A DNA stretch of 64,000 nt from TPA_inf: Saccharomyces (taxonomy: Eukaryota), in contig BK006946.2 in NCBI GenBank assembly GCA_000146045.2, positions 832,001 to 896,000 of the forward strand. Reading direction: 5' to 3'. Below are positions 31,819 to 42,986 of the stretch, piece by piece (the first letter of the stretch is position 1; the number at the start of each line of letters is the position of its first letter). The notes beneath the pieces are model-generated. The model was not told where the DNA came from, searched no databases, and saw only the letters and a program-made list of their open reading frames with translations. A program made the position numbers and the translations under genes.

Positions 31819-32271
31819 ATGTCTCAACCCACTCCCATCATAACTACAAAATCAGCTGCTAAGCCAAAACCAAAAATTTTTAATTTATTCCGCGTTTGCT
31901 TCATTTCATTATTGCTGATCGCTGCGGTTGAATACTTCAAGTATGGTACAAGAATTAACTATGAATGGTTCCATTGTACCCCAATCAAAGAACCCCAGTC
32001 TGGCTCAGTAATCAAGCTTTGGGCACGTGGTGGGCCAAGTTGTGACAAAAGAGGCGAATATAAAACTATAGTAAAGAGAATCACTAGAGATTATGAACCA
32101 AATGATGAACATCTCTCGTTCTGTATCATCGAGAATGATAATGTTCCACCCGTCCACTACCCAATTCACGAAGATAAAGGTGAACCTGGCTACGTAGCTT
32201 ATGTCGGGTACGACACAGACTCTGAGCTGGTTCAAGAACTATGTGCTGATTCCACAATTTATCACATGTGA
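31819..32271 (+). CDS. LIP1: Ceramide synthase regulatory subunit, single-TM ER protein, 150 aa
   Basis: A 150-aa ORF with one N-terminal TM helix. Position (YMR298W) and length match. Confidence 0.8.
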   Translation: MSQPTPIITTKSAAKPKPKIFNLFRVCFISLLLIAAVEYFKYGTRINYEWFHCTPIKEPQSGSVIKLWARGGPSCDKRGEYKTIVKRITRDYEPNDEHLSFCIIENDNVPPVHYPIHEDKGEPGYVAYVGYDTDSELVQELCADSTIYHM

Positions 32272-32411
32272 ATTCTTTCTTTTACATACATAAACATAGA
32301 AGAAATCCAACCCTGATATAGGGATTTATAAATGCGTGTGCATATCTATATTTATACATATAAAGAGAAAAAAATTGCTCATGATAAAAGAAGTATCGCC
32401 TGCCCACTTTC

Positions 32412-33350
32412 CTAAATCCTCGAATTTTCCCTATATTTTGCGAACATTTTGCCTAATTCCTCTTGAATATTAACTTTGAAAACTTCTAAAGGATATAGTT
32501 TATCAAGGTCGATACCAGAGGTTGTTTTCCTATCTTCTCTGATTTTATCAATTGTTGGTATAAAGTCCATATATCGGGCCAAAAAGTGTTGCTCTTTCAC
32601 CTCAGTAGGCTCAAATCTTTCGTCTACTGTTTTTATCAATCCAATAGAATCGCACCCCTTCGGTATTAATATCTCACTGCGTTTGACCATTTCAATATGA
32701 TCTTTCATATCTCTATCTTCACAAAAATGCTTTAGAAGCTCTTGGTATTTAAGCCTTTGTGCTTCCTCTCGTTTCTCTTCGGTATGGTCTTCGCATATAT
32801 AGAATAGTGAGCTATCATTAAAATAGCAAAACGATCTTAACGTTTGCAAAATGAAGTCAATATGTACTGACTGCCATACTGTAGTGTGTCTTTGTAAGTT
32901 TAATATTTCGCCACTGTTTAAGCACCATACAGAAAATTCATTATCGTCATTCAGTTGCTTAATTTTATTGAATGCGTAGGATAGTTCATTCAGCCACAAC
33001 TTTTGGTCGTTCAGTGTCCAATCTAATAATATGAGCCAGCGAACCTTCGAACTATGTTCTTGTAAAAACGGCTTTAGAAGATCTAGTGCATCGTCAGTGT
33101 TTCTTATTAGCGTGTAAACATCGACAGAATAATTTTCCTTTAAGTCGTTGGTCCATCCTATGGTGGCGTAATTAATCAAAGTGGTATCCAGTATTGAATT
33201 GCTTCCCTCTGGAAAACAGATATTTATAAATTGATGCAGTGTTTTACTTGATGGGGAATATATGATTGCTGTTATCGTAGCAGTCTCTGTGCTGTTGATT
33301 GTGGATTCATTCTGAGACAATAATTTGTCCCAGGCATTACAATTATCCAT
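32412..33350 (-). CDS. DYN3: Dynein light intermediate chain, about 312 aa
   Basis: The maximal ORF is 316 aa (MYVLMDNCNAW...). The 312 aa I recall for YMR299C corresponds to the second Met. The start is uncertain by 4 codons. Confidence 0.7.
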   Translation of the reverse strand: MDNCNAWDKLLSQNESTINSTETATITAIIYSPSSKTLHQFINICFPEGSNSILDTTLINYATIGWTNDLKENYSVDVYTLIRNTDDALDLLKPFLQEHSSKVRWLILLDWTLNDQKLWLNELSYAFNKIKQLNDDNEFSVWCLNSGEILNLQRHTTVWQSVHIDFILQTLRSFCYFNDSSLFYICEDHTEEKREEAQRLKYQELLKHFCEDRDMKDHIEMVKRSEILIPKGCDSIGLIKTVDERFEPTEVKEQHFLARYMDFIPTIDKIREDRKTTSGIDLDKLYPLEVFKVNIQEELGKMFAKYRENSRI

Positions 33351-33558
33351 TAATACATACAATTCTTTTATCTTCTTTTCTTTTTGTACAAGTTGCGGAT
33401 TACTTCTCTTTGTTTACCTTTTTGCTTTTATTTTTTTTTTTAATACGTGCATATATATATATATATTTAGTTTAGGTCAGAATACAAAGATAATTATGTA
33501 TAAATGGGCGCATTTGGAAACTATTTTACATACAACTGAACAAGTTCGGAACAATCTA

Positions 33559-35091
33559 TCAATAATCTGCACAATTATATAATCCGATATCGACTTCAGC
33601 CTTCATATCTGATGAATTATTTGCGATCGATTCACGTTTTTCTTCCAATTCTTGAATATAACCGTCTTCAACACCAGTGACATAATTTCCGGTAAATACA
33701 CCATCTTCGAATTTGGTTATTTTATCAGTTTTACAACAATCAATCAAATCTTCCAATGATTGGTAAATGACTCTTTCACAACCGATTACTTCCGCCACTT
33801 CTTCATCGGTTCTGTTATAAGCAATCAAGTTCTTTGTGTCTGTTAAGTCAATACCATAAATATGGTTGTAACGAATGGCTGGGGCAGCTGAAGCGAAGTA
33901 AACCTTTGTTGCACCGGATTCCTTGGCCATGTTAACAATCTCTTTTGAAGTAGTACCTCTGACAATAGAATCATCCACTATCAGAACCTTCTTACCCTTA
34001 AATTCAGACTCCATAGGGTTAAGCTTCCTCCTTACTGAAGAAACCCTTTCCCTCTGGTTTGGCATGATAAATGTCCTGCCCACGTATCTGTTTTTAACAA
34101 AGCCCTCTCTATAAGGCTTCCCTAACACATTAGCACATTCTAGTGCACATGTTCTTGCAGTATCTGGGACGGGAATAACAACATCAATATCTTCTGGCTT
34201 CAGTTGCTTTAGAATATTTTCCGCTAATTTAGAACCCATAGCCAATCTTGTGTGATAAACTGATATTCCATCCAAGACACTGTCCGGTCTGGCGAAATAT
34301 ACGTATTCAAATAAATCAGGTCTATAAGAGTTAATAGGAACCACTTGTTTGAACTCAGGTTCACCTTTGCTACAGTTCTTAGGGATGATAACTGCCTCGC
34401 CAGGCTTTAAGTCACGATATTTAGTAAAGTTGTGAGCTTTGAAAACAACACTTTCTGAAGCTAACATATAGTCCTTAGTGCCGTCCGGATTTTCTCTTTC
34501 ACCGAACAATAATGGCCTAATACCATTTGGATCTCTGAAACCAAATAATGCAAAACCGGCAAGTAAACCAACGCAAGCATAACCGCCACGGCATAAACGG
34601 TAAACACCTTCTAACGCGTGGAAAACATCTTCATTGTTAACTCTGTACTTGTTATGTTTTTCCAGTTCAGCAGCAAAAATATTCAATAGTAACTCCGAAT
34701 CACTGTCCGTGTTAATATGTCTATGAACGTCTTCATCCATATATCTCTTCAATGATGCAGTATTCACCAAGTTACCGTTATGTGCCAAGTTAATACCGTA
34801 AGGACTATTGACGTAAAATGGTTGCGCTTCTGAATTAGCCGAAGACCCGGCTGTAGGATATCTCAAGTGGGCAATACCCATGGAACCAGCAAGACCGGAA
34901 ACACGTTGTTGGGTAAATACGTCACGAGCCATACCATTACCTTTACATTGGTAGATTCTACCACGAGAACCACAGGTAGCTATACCAGCTGCATCTTGTC
35001 CACGATGTTGTAGAAAAATGCATCCATCACATAACTCCGGAGCTACTGGAGTGGTTTGGTTTGCTAATACAATACCTAAAATACCACACAT
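33559..35091 (-). CDS. ADE4: Glutamine phosphoribosylpyrophosphate amidotransferase (purine biosynthesis step 1), 510 aa
   Basis: This is an N-terminal-nucleophile glutamine amidotransferase beginning MCGILGIVLA. The catalytic Cys must directly follow the initiator Met, so the in-frame ATG 29 codons upstream (35178) is rejected. A PRTase domain lies C-terminal. Confidence 0.95.
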   Translation of the reverse strand: MCGILGIVLANQTTPVAPELCDGCIFLQHRGQDAAGIATCGSRGRIYQCKGNGMARDVFTQQRVSGLAGSMGIAHLRYPTAGSSANSEAQPFYVNSPYGINLAHNGNLVNTASLKRYMDEDVHRHINTDSDSELLLNIFAAELEKHNKYRVNNEDVFHALEGVYRLCRGGYACVGLLAGFALFGFRDPNGIRPLLFGERENPDGTKDYMLASESVVFKAHNFTKYRDLKPGEAVIIPKNCSKGEPEFKQVVPINSYRPDLFEYVYFARPDSVLDGISVYHTRLAMGSKLAENILKQLKPEDIDVVIPVPDTARTCALECANVLGKPYREGFVKNRYVGRTFIMPNQRERVSSVRRKLNPMESEFKGKKVLIVDDSIVRGTTSKEIVNMAKESGATKVYFASAAPAIRYNHIYGIDLTDTKNLIAYNRTDEEVAEVIGCERVIYQSLEDLIDCCKTDKITKFEDGVFTGNYVTGVEDGYIQELEEKRESIANNSSDMKAEVDIGLYNCADY

Positions 35092-35442
35092 TTTTTCTAT
35101 TCTGCTGTTTGCTGTACCTCTTTCTTTGCTAAACTTATTAGAACGAAATCTACTACTTTCAAGACGATGTCTTCGCAACTATGACTTAAAAGTGAATAAA
35201 ATTGTACGGTGGCTGTTGAAATTTTTCTAAAATGAAAAAAAAAAAAACGAAGGACTTTACCTTGACTTAATAATAAGAATCTGAAAAGTACAAACCTATT
35301 ATTGAAATTGTAAGTAAGCAAACTTTAAATACACCGAAGCTCTGACATTTGCCGCATGAGCAGTCATTCGGATTCATGATCCCAGATTATATTTTATTAT
35401 TCATGTTCGTTCTAACTCTGTCCTGTTATTTTCGGTCAGGAA

Positions 35443-35448
35443 GAGTCA
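35443..35448 (-). promoter_or_regulatory. TGACTC (Gcn4/Bas1-type) motif in the ADE4 promoter
   Basis: GAGTCA on the + strand is TGACTC on the ADE4 strand, about 350 bp upstream of the ADE4 ATG. ADE genes are Bas1/Bas2- and Gcn4-regulated through TGACTC. Confidence 0.4.
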
Positions 35449-35554
35449 ATACATCGGGTCATTGAAAAACCGCGGAGAAAGATAATAACTTTTCTTTTTT
35501 CCTTAAATCTTGAAAAACTTATACATGTATAAATCAATATTTACTTACGAGCGT

Positions 35555-37627
35555 TCATAGTTCTTGCTGGTCTTTTAGTTCATTCTCTAAATGATCCAGA
35601 TCTTCTTGTATGGTCCAAAGTTCGCGGTACAATGACCCTGGCATAGCCAACAGTTCAAGATGCTTACCTTCCTCTCTTACTCTTCCGTTGTCAAGGACTA
35701 TGATCTTGTCTGCATCTGCAATTGTCCTCAGTCTATGTGCGATGTATACACTCGTTCTCGAACCCGAAGTAAAGTTATCTCTAATGGTTCGTAAGAGAGC
35801 TTGTTCTGTGTGTGTGTCCAAGGCGCTTGTGGCCTCGTCAAAAAACATGATCCTTGCATTCTTCAATAGTACCCTTGCAATTGCCAGCCTTTGCTTTTCA
35901 CCACCGCTGATCATCAACCCTCGCTCCCCGACGATGGTGTCAAAACCTTGTGGTAATTTCTTGATTAAGGGTGCTAGCTGGGCTTTTTCAACTACAGTTA
36001 TCACTTCCTCGTCGGTTGCGTCAATACGACCGAACTTTACATTTTCCCAGATAGTGTCATTGAAAAGTGGTGTGTCCTGTGGTACCACACCAATCACCTT
36101 CCTCAAGGCATCGATGTCATATTCTTTAATATCTCTACCGTTTATGAGGATCCTTCCGCTTTCAGGATCATAAAATCTAAAGACTAATTTTAAAATGGTG
36201 GACTTCCCACTGCCCGAAGACCCAACTATTGCGGTTTTCCAGCCTGCTGGGATGGTAAAGCTGGCATTCTTTAAAATTTTCCTATCGGGATGATATCCAA
36301 ACGTGACGTTCTCAAAAGTAATATCGTAGGGAACATTTTCTGGAAGCATTAAGGGACGTTCGGCATTTTTAATCTTGACTTCATTTTTTCTTAACTTAAA
36401 TAGCGTTTCCATATCAATCAGAGACTGCTTTAAATCTCTGTAAACACTACCAAGAAAATTTAGCGGTACTGATAGTTGAAAAACCAACTGATTAATTAGA
36501 ACCAAGTCACCAACTGTCAAGTTGCCACCAATAACGCCGGTGCAACCCATATACATCATTGCAGTTAGGGCAGTAGTAAAAATTAGATTTTGGCCGGAGT
36601 TCAAAAATGCTAGAGATTGCGATACTTTAATTTGAGAGTCACGATAGTTCATCAAGGAGCCATTATACTTATCTGCAAGATATTTTTCATTGTTGAAGTA
36701 TTTTACCGCCTCAAAATTAATTAAAGAATCTAAAGCCACACTGGCAGCTTTGTTATCGGCCTTGTTAGCATCCCTTCTAAAATGTGTCCTCCATGCGGTC
36801 GTCTTTATAGTGAAAATGGAGTATAAAAGCATTGTACTGAATGTTATTGCGGCAAATGACGCACCGAATTGATACGTCAAAATCCCACAAACGACAGATA
36901 TTTCAAAACTTATAGGGATAATGTGGAATACCATGGCCGTTAACACTTGAGATATACCCTTTGTACCTCTATCCATGGCCCTCGTCAGACCACCCGTTTG
37001 TCTACTCAAGTGCCATCCCAAATCTAACTTCATAAGGTGCTGGAAAGTTTGTAGCGACACAGTTCTAATGGCATTCTGTGCCACTTTGGCAAATACGGCG
37101 TTCCTCAGTTCGCCGAATAAAACAGAGCCGAACCTTGCAACACCATAGCAAAGAATGGTTAATCCAATCGCTGCCGGAAGGGCGACTGTAGGATCATCCC
37201 ATGCTATATTCATTGAATCAATAGTTTGCTTGAAAAAAAAAGGTACTTGAACATTTAAAATTTTGGCGGATATCAACAGTCCAAGGGCAATCAGTACCCT
37301 TATCCTCACTTTATTGTTGCCTTTGGGCCAAATATAGCGAAATAGATCTTTCAAGATTTTCAGTTCCGAGAGGGTTGGGGCCTTGCTGGTCTTTTTTACC
37401 TGAGTCTTCACTTTTGGAGCCGACGAGAATTGCTCGACGGATTTTTTGTGCGTAATATCCTTTTGTGCTTGATTCCATAAATTCACAGCTGAATTGAATA
37501 ACAGAGGCCGCTGGGTTGATAACTTAGACACAGTAAATATAACGGGCGAATGGTTCCGGATTAGACCAGATCTAAATTTTGATCTTACAATTCGCCCAAT
37601 TACAGGACATCTTGGAAGAAGCAGCAT
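35555..37627 (-). CDS. ATM1: Mitochondrial inner-membrane ABC transporter (Fe-S cluster precursor export), 690 aa
   Basis: A half-transporter with an N-terminal TMD. The NBD carries Walker [10 protein letters not shown], the ABC signature ISGGEKQR and Walker [10 protein letters not shown]. Fits YMR301C. Confidence 0.95.
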   Translation of the reverse strand: MLLLPRCPVIGRIVRSKFRSGLIRNHSPVIFTVSKLSTQRPLLFNSAVNLWNQAQKDITHKKSVEQFSSAPKVKTQVKKTSKAPTLSELKILKDLFRYIWPKGNNKVRIRVLIALGLLISAKILNVQVPFFFKQTIDSMNIAWDDPTVALPAAIGLTILCYGVARFGSVLFGELRNAVFAKVAQNAIRTVSLQTFQHLMKLDLGWHLSRQTGGLTRAMDRGTKGISQVLTAMVFHIIPISFEISVVCGILTYQFGASFAAITFSTMLLYSIFTIKTTAWRTHFRRDANKADNKAASVALDSLINFEAVKYFNNEKYLADKYNGSLMNYRDSQIKVSQSLAFLNSGQNLIFTTALTAMMYMGCTGVIGGNLTVGDLVLINQLVFQLSVPLNFLGSVYRDLKQSLIDMETLFKLRKNEVKIKNAERPLMLPENVPYDITFENVTFGYHPDRKILKNASFTIPAGWKTAIVGSSGSGKSTILKLVFRFYDPESGRILINGRDIKEYDIDALRKVIGVVPQDTPLFNDTIWENVKFGRIDATDEEVITVVEKAQLAPLIKKLPQGFDTIVGERGLMISGGEKQRLAIARVLLKNARIMFFDEATSALDTHTEQALLRTIRDNFTSGSRTSVYIAHRLRTIADADKIIVLDNGRVREEGKHLELLAMPGSLYRELWTIQEDLDHLENELKDQQEL

Positions 37628-38072
37628 TTGCAGGTTGGAGTGGAATCTATCAACAACGATATACTTACGTTGCTCTGTCGCAATTTTCGAAATTGTACTC
37701 TTTGCTGTGCTGATTGCTTTGTTTGCGATTATTAATGTAGAAAGTCATCGGAAAGCCCTCGCGCTCTTTCCCAGTGAAATTTCACGTGATGTAATCTGAT
37801 GAAGGGCACGTATAGGTCAGTGACCTTTGCTGTGCAAATTGGGTAAGGTAATTTCTTTTAAAGACTTTAAGAATGGTAAAGTGAGGTACAACAACATATT
37901 ATAAGACTTACTTGGTATGTACCTTACCTTCCTTAGATATTTTTCATGCTGCGTAGAAAATTGCACCATCTCCAATCGTCACTTTTATACATTTTCAAAA
38001 GAATATAGATGAGTATAGCAATATAGGGTTTACACATATGTACAGAAAAGCAGAATAGTAAGTTTTGTTTCA

Positions 38073-40625
38073 TCACTTAGATAGGTTTTTAATTTCTTCT
38101 TCACATTTGGTAATGACTGCATTACTGGCATTGATTTTACCGGATAAATAGTCCAATCTGGTCTTGAAAAGTTTCTGATCAGGAACTTTCCCCAAAGGTT
38201 TTAATTCTTCTTCCCATTTCTTGATTCTACCAGTTTCAAAACCCACAACCTTTAATAAGTAACGGGTTTTTAGCACTTTTGCGAGTTCAGGATCGTTGAT
38301 CAAGTATGTGAATGCTGCCCTGTATAGCGGTTTGGCAGGCCTGATTTCCTGTAAAACACCCCTATCTCTAGATACAGTTATTAAACCATTATTCTCCAAT
38401 TCCATGATTCCCGTTTCTGGTGCGGCTTTGAATAATGGCTTGTTAACGATTTCATGGAATGGAATGACTGGGTTCGCACTCAATAATTCGATTAATTCCC
38501 AGGCTTGTGCACTTTTATTGCTGTCAATCTTGTCACTTAAAAACATTTGAGTTATTTGCTCAGAAGCCTGTTCAATCATTTTGTCTACTGCTTCCGAGGG
38601 CTCTTCTCCTGACTTTACCCTTCTTACAAATGCCTGTAAGTCTAACATCCTACCACCCAATGGCTCTAAAGAAGCGTCAATTTCCTGTAATTCCTTTTCA
38701 TTTAAAATAACCTCAGCTTTTTTGACACTCGTATCGGCCTCACTATCAGAATCATTATTTTCAGCAGTTTCCTTTTCTGATTCAGGTTCTTTTACGTTTT
38801 CACCCTTGGATTTTTTATTGTAATATAAGTAATCCTCCAATTGGGATAATACATAGTTCCTCGAATTCTCTTTTGAGGCATCTGATAGGATTAGGTTTTT
38901 GAAGACTTGATTGGGTAGTGATTCGCTCAATCTTTGGTTGGATGCAACGGTTTCCGTTAAGAAAATCACATGAGCAATATTCATTTGAACTAGCATAGCT
39001 GCCCAATCGGATAGTTCCTTATACACAAATCCATTTATTTCCGACTTGCCCTCAAACCTATCTATGACGATAACGGGTTTAGCTTCCGGATGTTGCTGTA
39101 GGTAATCTTCTTCCTTAACATTAACTGTCCCATCACCGGTGGAAACAAAAGCCTTGTAATTCTTGAGAGCAATACGTCTAATGGACATCAATGAGGTAGT
39201 TAACATGTTTCTAAACCGAGATTCCTTCGTCTCAGACAACCCAGTTTTTTGCCCTGTTAATCCTTGCACTGTTAAATCAAGGACACCTGTGACAGAGTCA
39301 ATCCATGGGAATATTGGGAAATAACCCAATTGACTAGCGGCATTTTTTAAAAACATAGGATCTGTTCTGGACTTAATCAATTTATCACAATCCAAATACA
39401 AAACATTTGCTCTATTTTGCAAAGTGTGTTGCATGACCAAATCATGTTTCCCTGAACCTCTAGGCCCCCTTATAACCACAAAAGTATTATTATTTTCTTC
39501 AAGCCACATTTTCAGGTCATTCACTTTCTCTATTCTTTCCTCCCATAAATGCTTTCTTTGGTGATTATCATCAGGGCCGCCCCAGTAGTACTTGATAGAA
39601 GTCATGGTAGATGAGGTTAGCGTTTTCAGTTGTTTCCAAAACTTATTGTCCCACGATAAAGAATATTTGTGAGTGATCTTCTGTTCAATCGAAAATTCTC
39701 TTATAGGATCAAACACTAAAACAGCAAAGATTGAAAGTAGCGCAAATAAAACTGGAATAGCAATCCTTGTATGGTTGGTGAAAAAATTACTAACTAGATG
39801 GCCTCTTCTGATATTTTCGTATTGTATGTGTAAGACGGTATTATGAATTTCGATACCGGAAACACAATTCTTGGCAGAAATGGCACCACGGAATGAACGG
39901 TATCTTACCTTTGCCACATTGTTGTTAGCAGCAGTGGGAGGGAAAATATCAATAATTGTCCCATATCTTCTGAATAAAGAGTATATTTCTTCTTCTGTTA
40001 AGGCGGGCCCTTGGAACTTGATGACTATAGTGGTACTTGGTAGTCTTCTTAAATCCTCAATCCAAGGCGAACCCTTTACTGGGAAGGCAGAAGCTCGAGT
40101 GAAGTACGAGAGTAAGTTTTTAGAGGATTCTCTGGCTGTATTCTGTTGGATTAGAGAATTTACCTGAGCTTTTGTATACTTGGGTGGAACGACAAATGTG
40201 GCAAATACACCACCATCCCTTTTCACTGGAATGGTAGACTTCAACTCCAGTCCATAAATGGGGTTATTGGGTGGACTGGCTAAATTCCTTATTTTCTCCC
40301 TCACTGCATCCCGTGACTGGTTTCTTAGCAGGAGATTGTACCACAGTGTTGGATTCCAAACCGAGGTGGTTCTAGCGTAAACATTATCGAAATATATCAG
40401 AGTTTCTTCATCTGATTTGTGAATAACACCAGTATCGGTGGCGGTGTTTGACTCTCCTGCCTGCTGATCCTTTTGCTGGATCTCGCTCGACACATGTCTC
40501 ACTGAGGGTTGGGCATTCATCAGGTTCGCTAGTCTATATTTGCCCTTGAGGATGCCTATTCCTCTGGCGAGGCATGGCACTGGCATCCTTGACACATTCA
40601 GGGAAGTCGTTCGTACTAGCAACAT
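38073..40625 (-). CDS. YME2: Mitochondrial inner membrane protein required for mtDNA maintenance (RRM-containing), 850 aa
   Basis: Complete 850-aa ORF with an internal TM segment (IAIPVLFALLSIFAVLVF). Fits YMR302C. Confidence 0.85.
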   Translation of the reverse strand: MLLVRTTSLNVSRMPVPCLARGIGILKGKYRLANLMNAQPSVRHVSSEIQQKDQQAGESNTATDTGVIHKSDEETLIYFDNVYARTTSVWNPTLWYNLLLRNQSRDAVREKIRNLASPPNNPIYGLELKSTIPVKRDGGVFATFVVPPKYTKAQVNSLIQQNTARESSKNLLSYFTRASAFPVKGSPWIEDLRRLPSTTIVIKFQGPALTEEEIYSLFRRYGTIIDIFPPTAANNNVAKVRYRSFRGAISAKNCVSGIEIHNTVLHIQYENIRRGHLVSNFFTNHTRIAIPVLFALLSIFAVLVFDPIREFSIEQKITHKYSLSWDNKFWKQLKTLTSSTMTSIKYYWGGPDDNHQRKHLWEERIEKVNDLKMWLEENNNTFVVIRGPRGSGKHDLVMQHTLQNRANVLYLDCDKLIKSRTDPMFLKNAASQLGYFPIFPWIDSVTGVLDLTVQGLTGQKTGLSETKESRFRNMLTTSLMSIRRIALKNYKAFVSTGDGTVNVKEEDYLQQHPEAKPVIVIDRFEGKSEINGFVYKELSDWAAMLVQMNIAHVIFLTETVASNQRLSESLPNQVFKNLILSDASKENSRNYVLSQLEDYLYYNKKSKGENVKEPESEKETAENNDSDSEADTSVKKAEVILNEKELQEIDASLEPLGGRMLDLQAFVRRVKSGEEPSEAVDKMIEQASEQITQMFLSDKIDSNKSAQAWELIELLSANPVIPFHEIVNKPLFKAAPETGIMELENNGLITVSRDRGVLQEIRPAKPLYRAAFTYLINDPELAKVLKTRYLLKVVGFETGRIKKWEEELKPLGKVPDQKLFKTRLDYLSGKINASNAVITKCEEEIKNLSK

Positions 40626-41290
40626 GGTTTACTTTTACAAATACTACTTCCTGTATAGGCCCGCTATATTTTGGTTTTAGATCCTGTCAATACTGAGTTC
40701 ATCTTTCATTTTCTCAATATAACATTACCGTTATCTCCCTTATACTTCTCAAATTCCCATCTACGGAACCCTGATCAAGCCCTGAGAAACTATATGAGGG
40801 TGTGTACATTGCAGTGCATCATTTGTGAGGGTTCAATAATTGAAATTATAGGGTGGACGTCAAGACGAAAAGTGAAAAATTACATCCGTATAGAATTATA
40901 TAACTTGATGAGATGAGATGAGTAAATGACAGAAGAATTACCGTTTCATCATTGAACTTCGATCATTTCAATGCTGGCATGCGAAGGAAAATGAGAAATA
41001 TCGAGGGAGACGATTCAGAGGAGCAGGACAAACTATAACCGACTGTTTGTTGGAGGATGCCGTACATAACGAACACTGCTGAAGCTACCATGTCTACAGT
41101 TTAGAGGAATGGGTACAACTCACAGGCGAGGGATGGTGTTCACTCGTGCTAGCAAACGCGGTGGGAGCAAAAAGTAGAATATTATCTTTTATTCGTGAAA
41201 CTTCGAACACTGTCATCTAAAGATGCTATATACTAATATAGGCATACTTGATAATGAAAACTATAAATCGTAAAGACATAAGAGATCCGC

Positions 41291-42337
41291 TTATTTAGAA
41301 GTGTCAACAACGTATCTACCAGCAATTTGGCCCTTCTCCATCTTTTCGTAAATTTCTGGTAAACTGGATAAGCCAACTACCTTTATTGGAGACTTGACTA
41401 GACCTCTGGCAAAGAAATCTAAGGCTTCTCTGGTATCAGCTCTGTTCCCCACGTAAGAGCCGACAATGGAGATAGACTTGACAACGTGGTTGAAGACATC
41501 AGAGGAGCACTTTGCACCGGCTGGCAAACCAACCAAGACAACAGTACCGTTCGCCCTACAGTATCTGGTAGAAGCTTCGATAGCGGCTTCGGAAACGGAA
41601 ACATTGATGATACCGTGGGCACCGCCGTTGGTAGCCTTAACGACTGCGCTAACAATGTCCTTCTCTTTGGTGAAGTCGATGAATACTTCACCACCGAGCG
41701 AGGTAAACAATTCTTCCTTTCCTGGACCACCATCAATACCTAAGACTCTGTAACCCATCGCCTTAGCATATTGAACAGCCAAAGAACCTAGACCACCAGC
41801 AGCACCAGAAATGGCCGCCCAGTGGCCTGCTCTCAAGTTGGCAGACTTCAAAGCCTTGTATACGGTGATACCAGCACACAAGATTGGCGCGACTTCAGCC
41901 AAGTCAGTACCTTGAGGAATGTGAGCGGCTTGAACAGCGTCAGCGGTAGCGTATTCTTGGAAAGAACCGTCGTGGGTGTAACCAGACAAGTCAGCGTGAG
42001 GACAGTTGGATTCGTTACCCAATTCACAGTATTCACAGGCCATACAAGAACCGTTCAACCATTTGATACCGGCGTAGTCACCGATCTTCCAGCCCTTAAC
42101 GTTTTCACCCATGCCGACAACGACACCGGCACCTTCGTGACCACCAACTAATGGTAACTTAGTTGGCAATGGCCAGTCACCATGCCAAGCGTGCAAATCG
42201 GTGTGGCAGACACCAGAGTACTTGACGTTGATTAACAATTCGTTGGGCTTTGGCTTTGGAACTGGGATATCCTTATGCTCCAACTTGCCGTTGGATTCGT
42301 AGAAGATAATGGCTTTTTGAGTTTCTGGAATAGACAT
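41291..42337 (-). CDS. ADH2: Glucose-repressible alcohol dehydrogenase II, 348 aa
   Basis: Zn-ADH motifs are present (GHEGAGVV, GxGxxG NAD fold GAAGGLG). The identification rests on the diagnostic upstream UAS1 palindrome and dT20 tract, which distinguish it from ADH1. Confidence 0.97.
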   Translation of the reverse strand: MSIPETQKAIIFYESNGKLEHKDIPVPKPKPNELLINVKYSGVCHTDLHAWHGDWPLPTKLPLVGGHEGAGVVVGMGENVKGWKIGDYAGIKWLNGSCMACEYCELGNESNCPHADLSGYTHDGSFQEYATADAVQAAHIPQGTDLAEVAPILCAGITVYKALKSANLRAGHWAAISGAAGGLGSLAVQYAKAMGYRVLGIDGGPGKEELFTSLGGEVFIDFTKEKDIVSAVVKATNGGAHGIINVSVSEAAIEASTRYCRANGTVVLVGLPAGAKCSSDVFNHVVKSISIVGSYVGNRADTREALDFFARGLVKSPIKVVGLSSLPEIYEKMEKGQIAGRYVVDTSK

Positions 42338-42490
42338 TGTGTATTACGATATAGTTAATAGTTGATAGTTGATTGTATGCTTTTTGTAGCTTGATATTCT
42401 ATTTACCAAGAAGAAACAAGAAGTGATAAAAACAACAAGAGAGCAGTAGTAAGAGTATTTCGAGTGTGAAAAAAGTCGCTACTGGCACTC

Positions 42491-42499
42491 TATTTATAT
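42491..42499 (-). promoter_or_regulatory. ADH2 TATA box (TATAAATA)
   Basis: tatttatat on the + strand is ATATAAATA on the ADH2 strand, about 155 bp upstream of the ATG. Confidence 0.7.
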
Positions 42500-42559
42500 G
42501 TGATAGGCATGCTATAGCTTTACCAAAAAGTGAACCCCATTTCTATGCTCTCCTCTGCC

Positions 42560-42579
42560 TTTTTTTTTTTTTTTTTTTT
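42560..42579. repeat. Poly(dA:dT) tract (T20) in the ADH2 promoter
   Basis: A run of 20 consecutive T. This is the well-known dA20 tract between UAS1 and the TATA box of ADH2. Confidence 0.95.
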
Positions 42580-42607
42580 CATTCTCTCAATCTGAAATTC
42601 TCTTATT

Positions 42608-42629
42608 TCTCCAACTTATAAGTTGGAGA
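42608..42629. promoter_or_regulatory. ADH2 UAS1, a perfect 22-bp palindrome and Adr1 binding site
   Basis: TCTCCAACTTATAAGTTGGAGA is a perfect inverted repeat containing two TTGGAG half-sites. It is identical to the published UAS1. Confidence 0.95.
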
Positions 42630-42986
42630 TGCCCGGTGTTCCGGCAGAGGAGATCAGTCTCGTGAAGTGGATGGTTTCCCGCCTGCGGGCAAAACGTCAT
42701 AACATTTTTATGAGCGAAAGCCGTTAATGAAGACAAAATCCCTTAATTAAAACATTAGAATGGTGATTAGAAAGGCAGGATTAATCAGTTACACAGGCTG
42801 TAACCGGAGAGACGGATCATAAGGCAATTTTTAGATAAGACTGGTTAGAGTTCTTGGCATCAGAAAATTTGAGAAACGATTTTTCCGTTTGTTTGCCCCT
42901 ACGTTTTGCCCCTTTGATCAAACTATCAGTTAAGATATTAATTTTTTTGAGAAAACGATTCTTTGATTAGTCTCTTCAAACAAACA

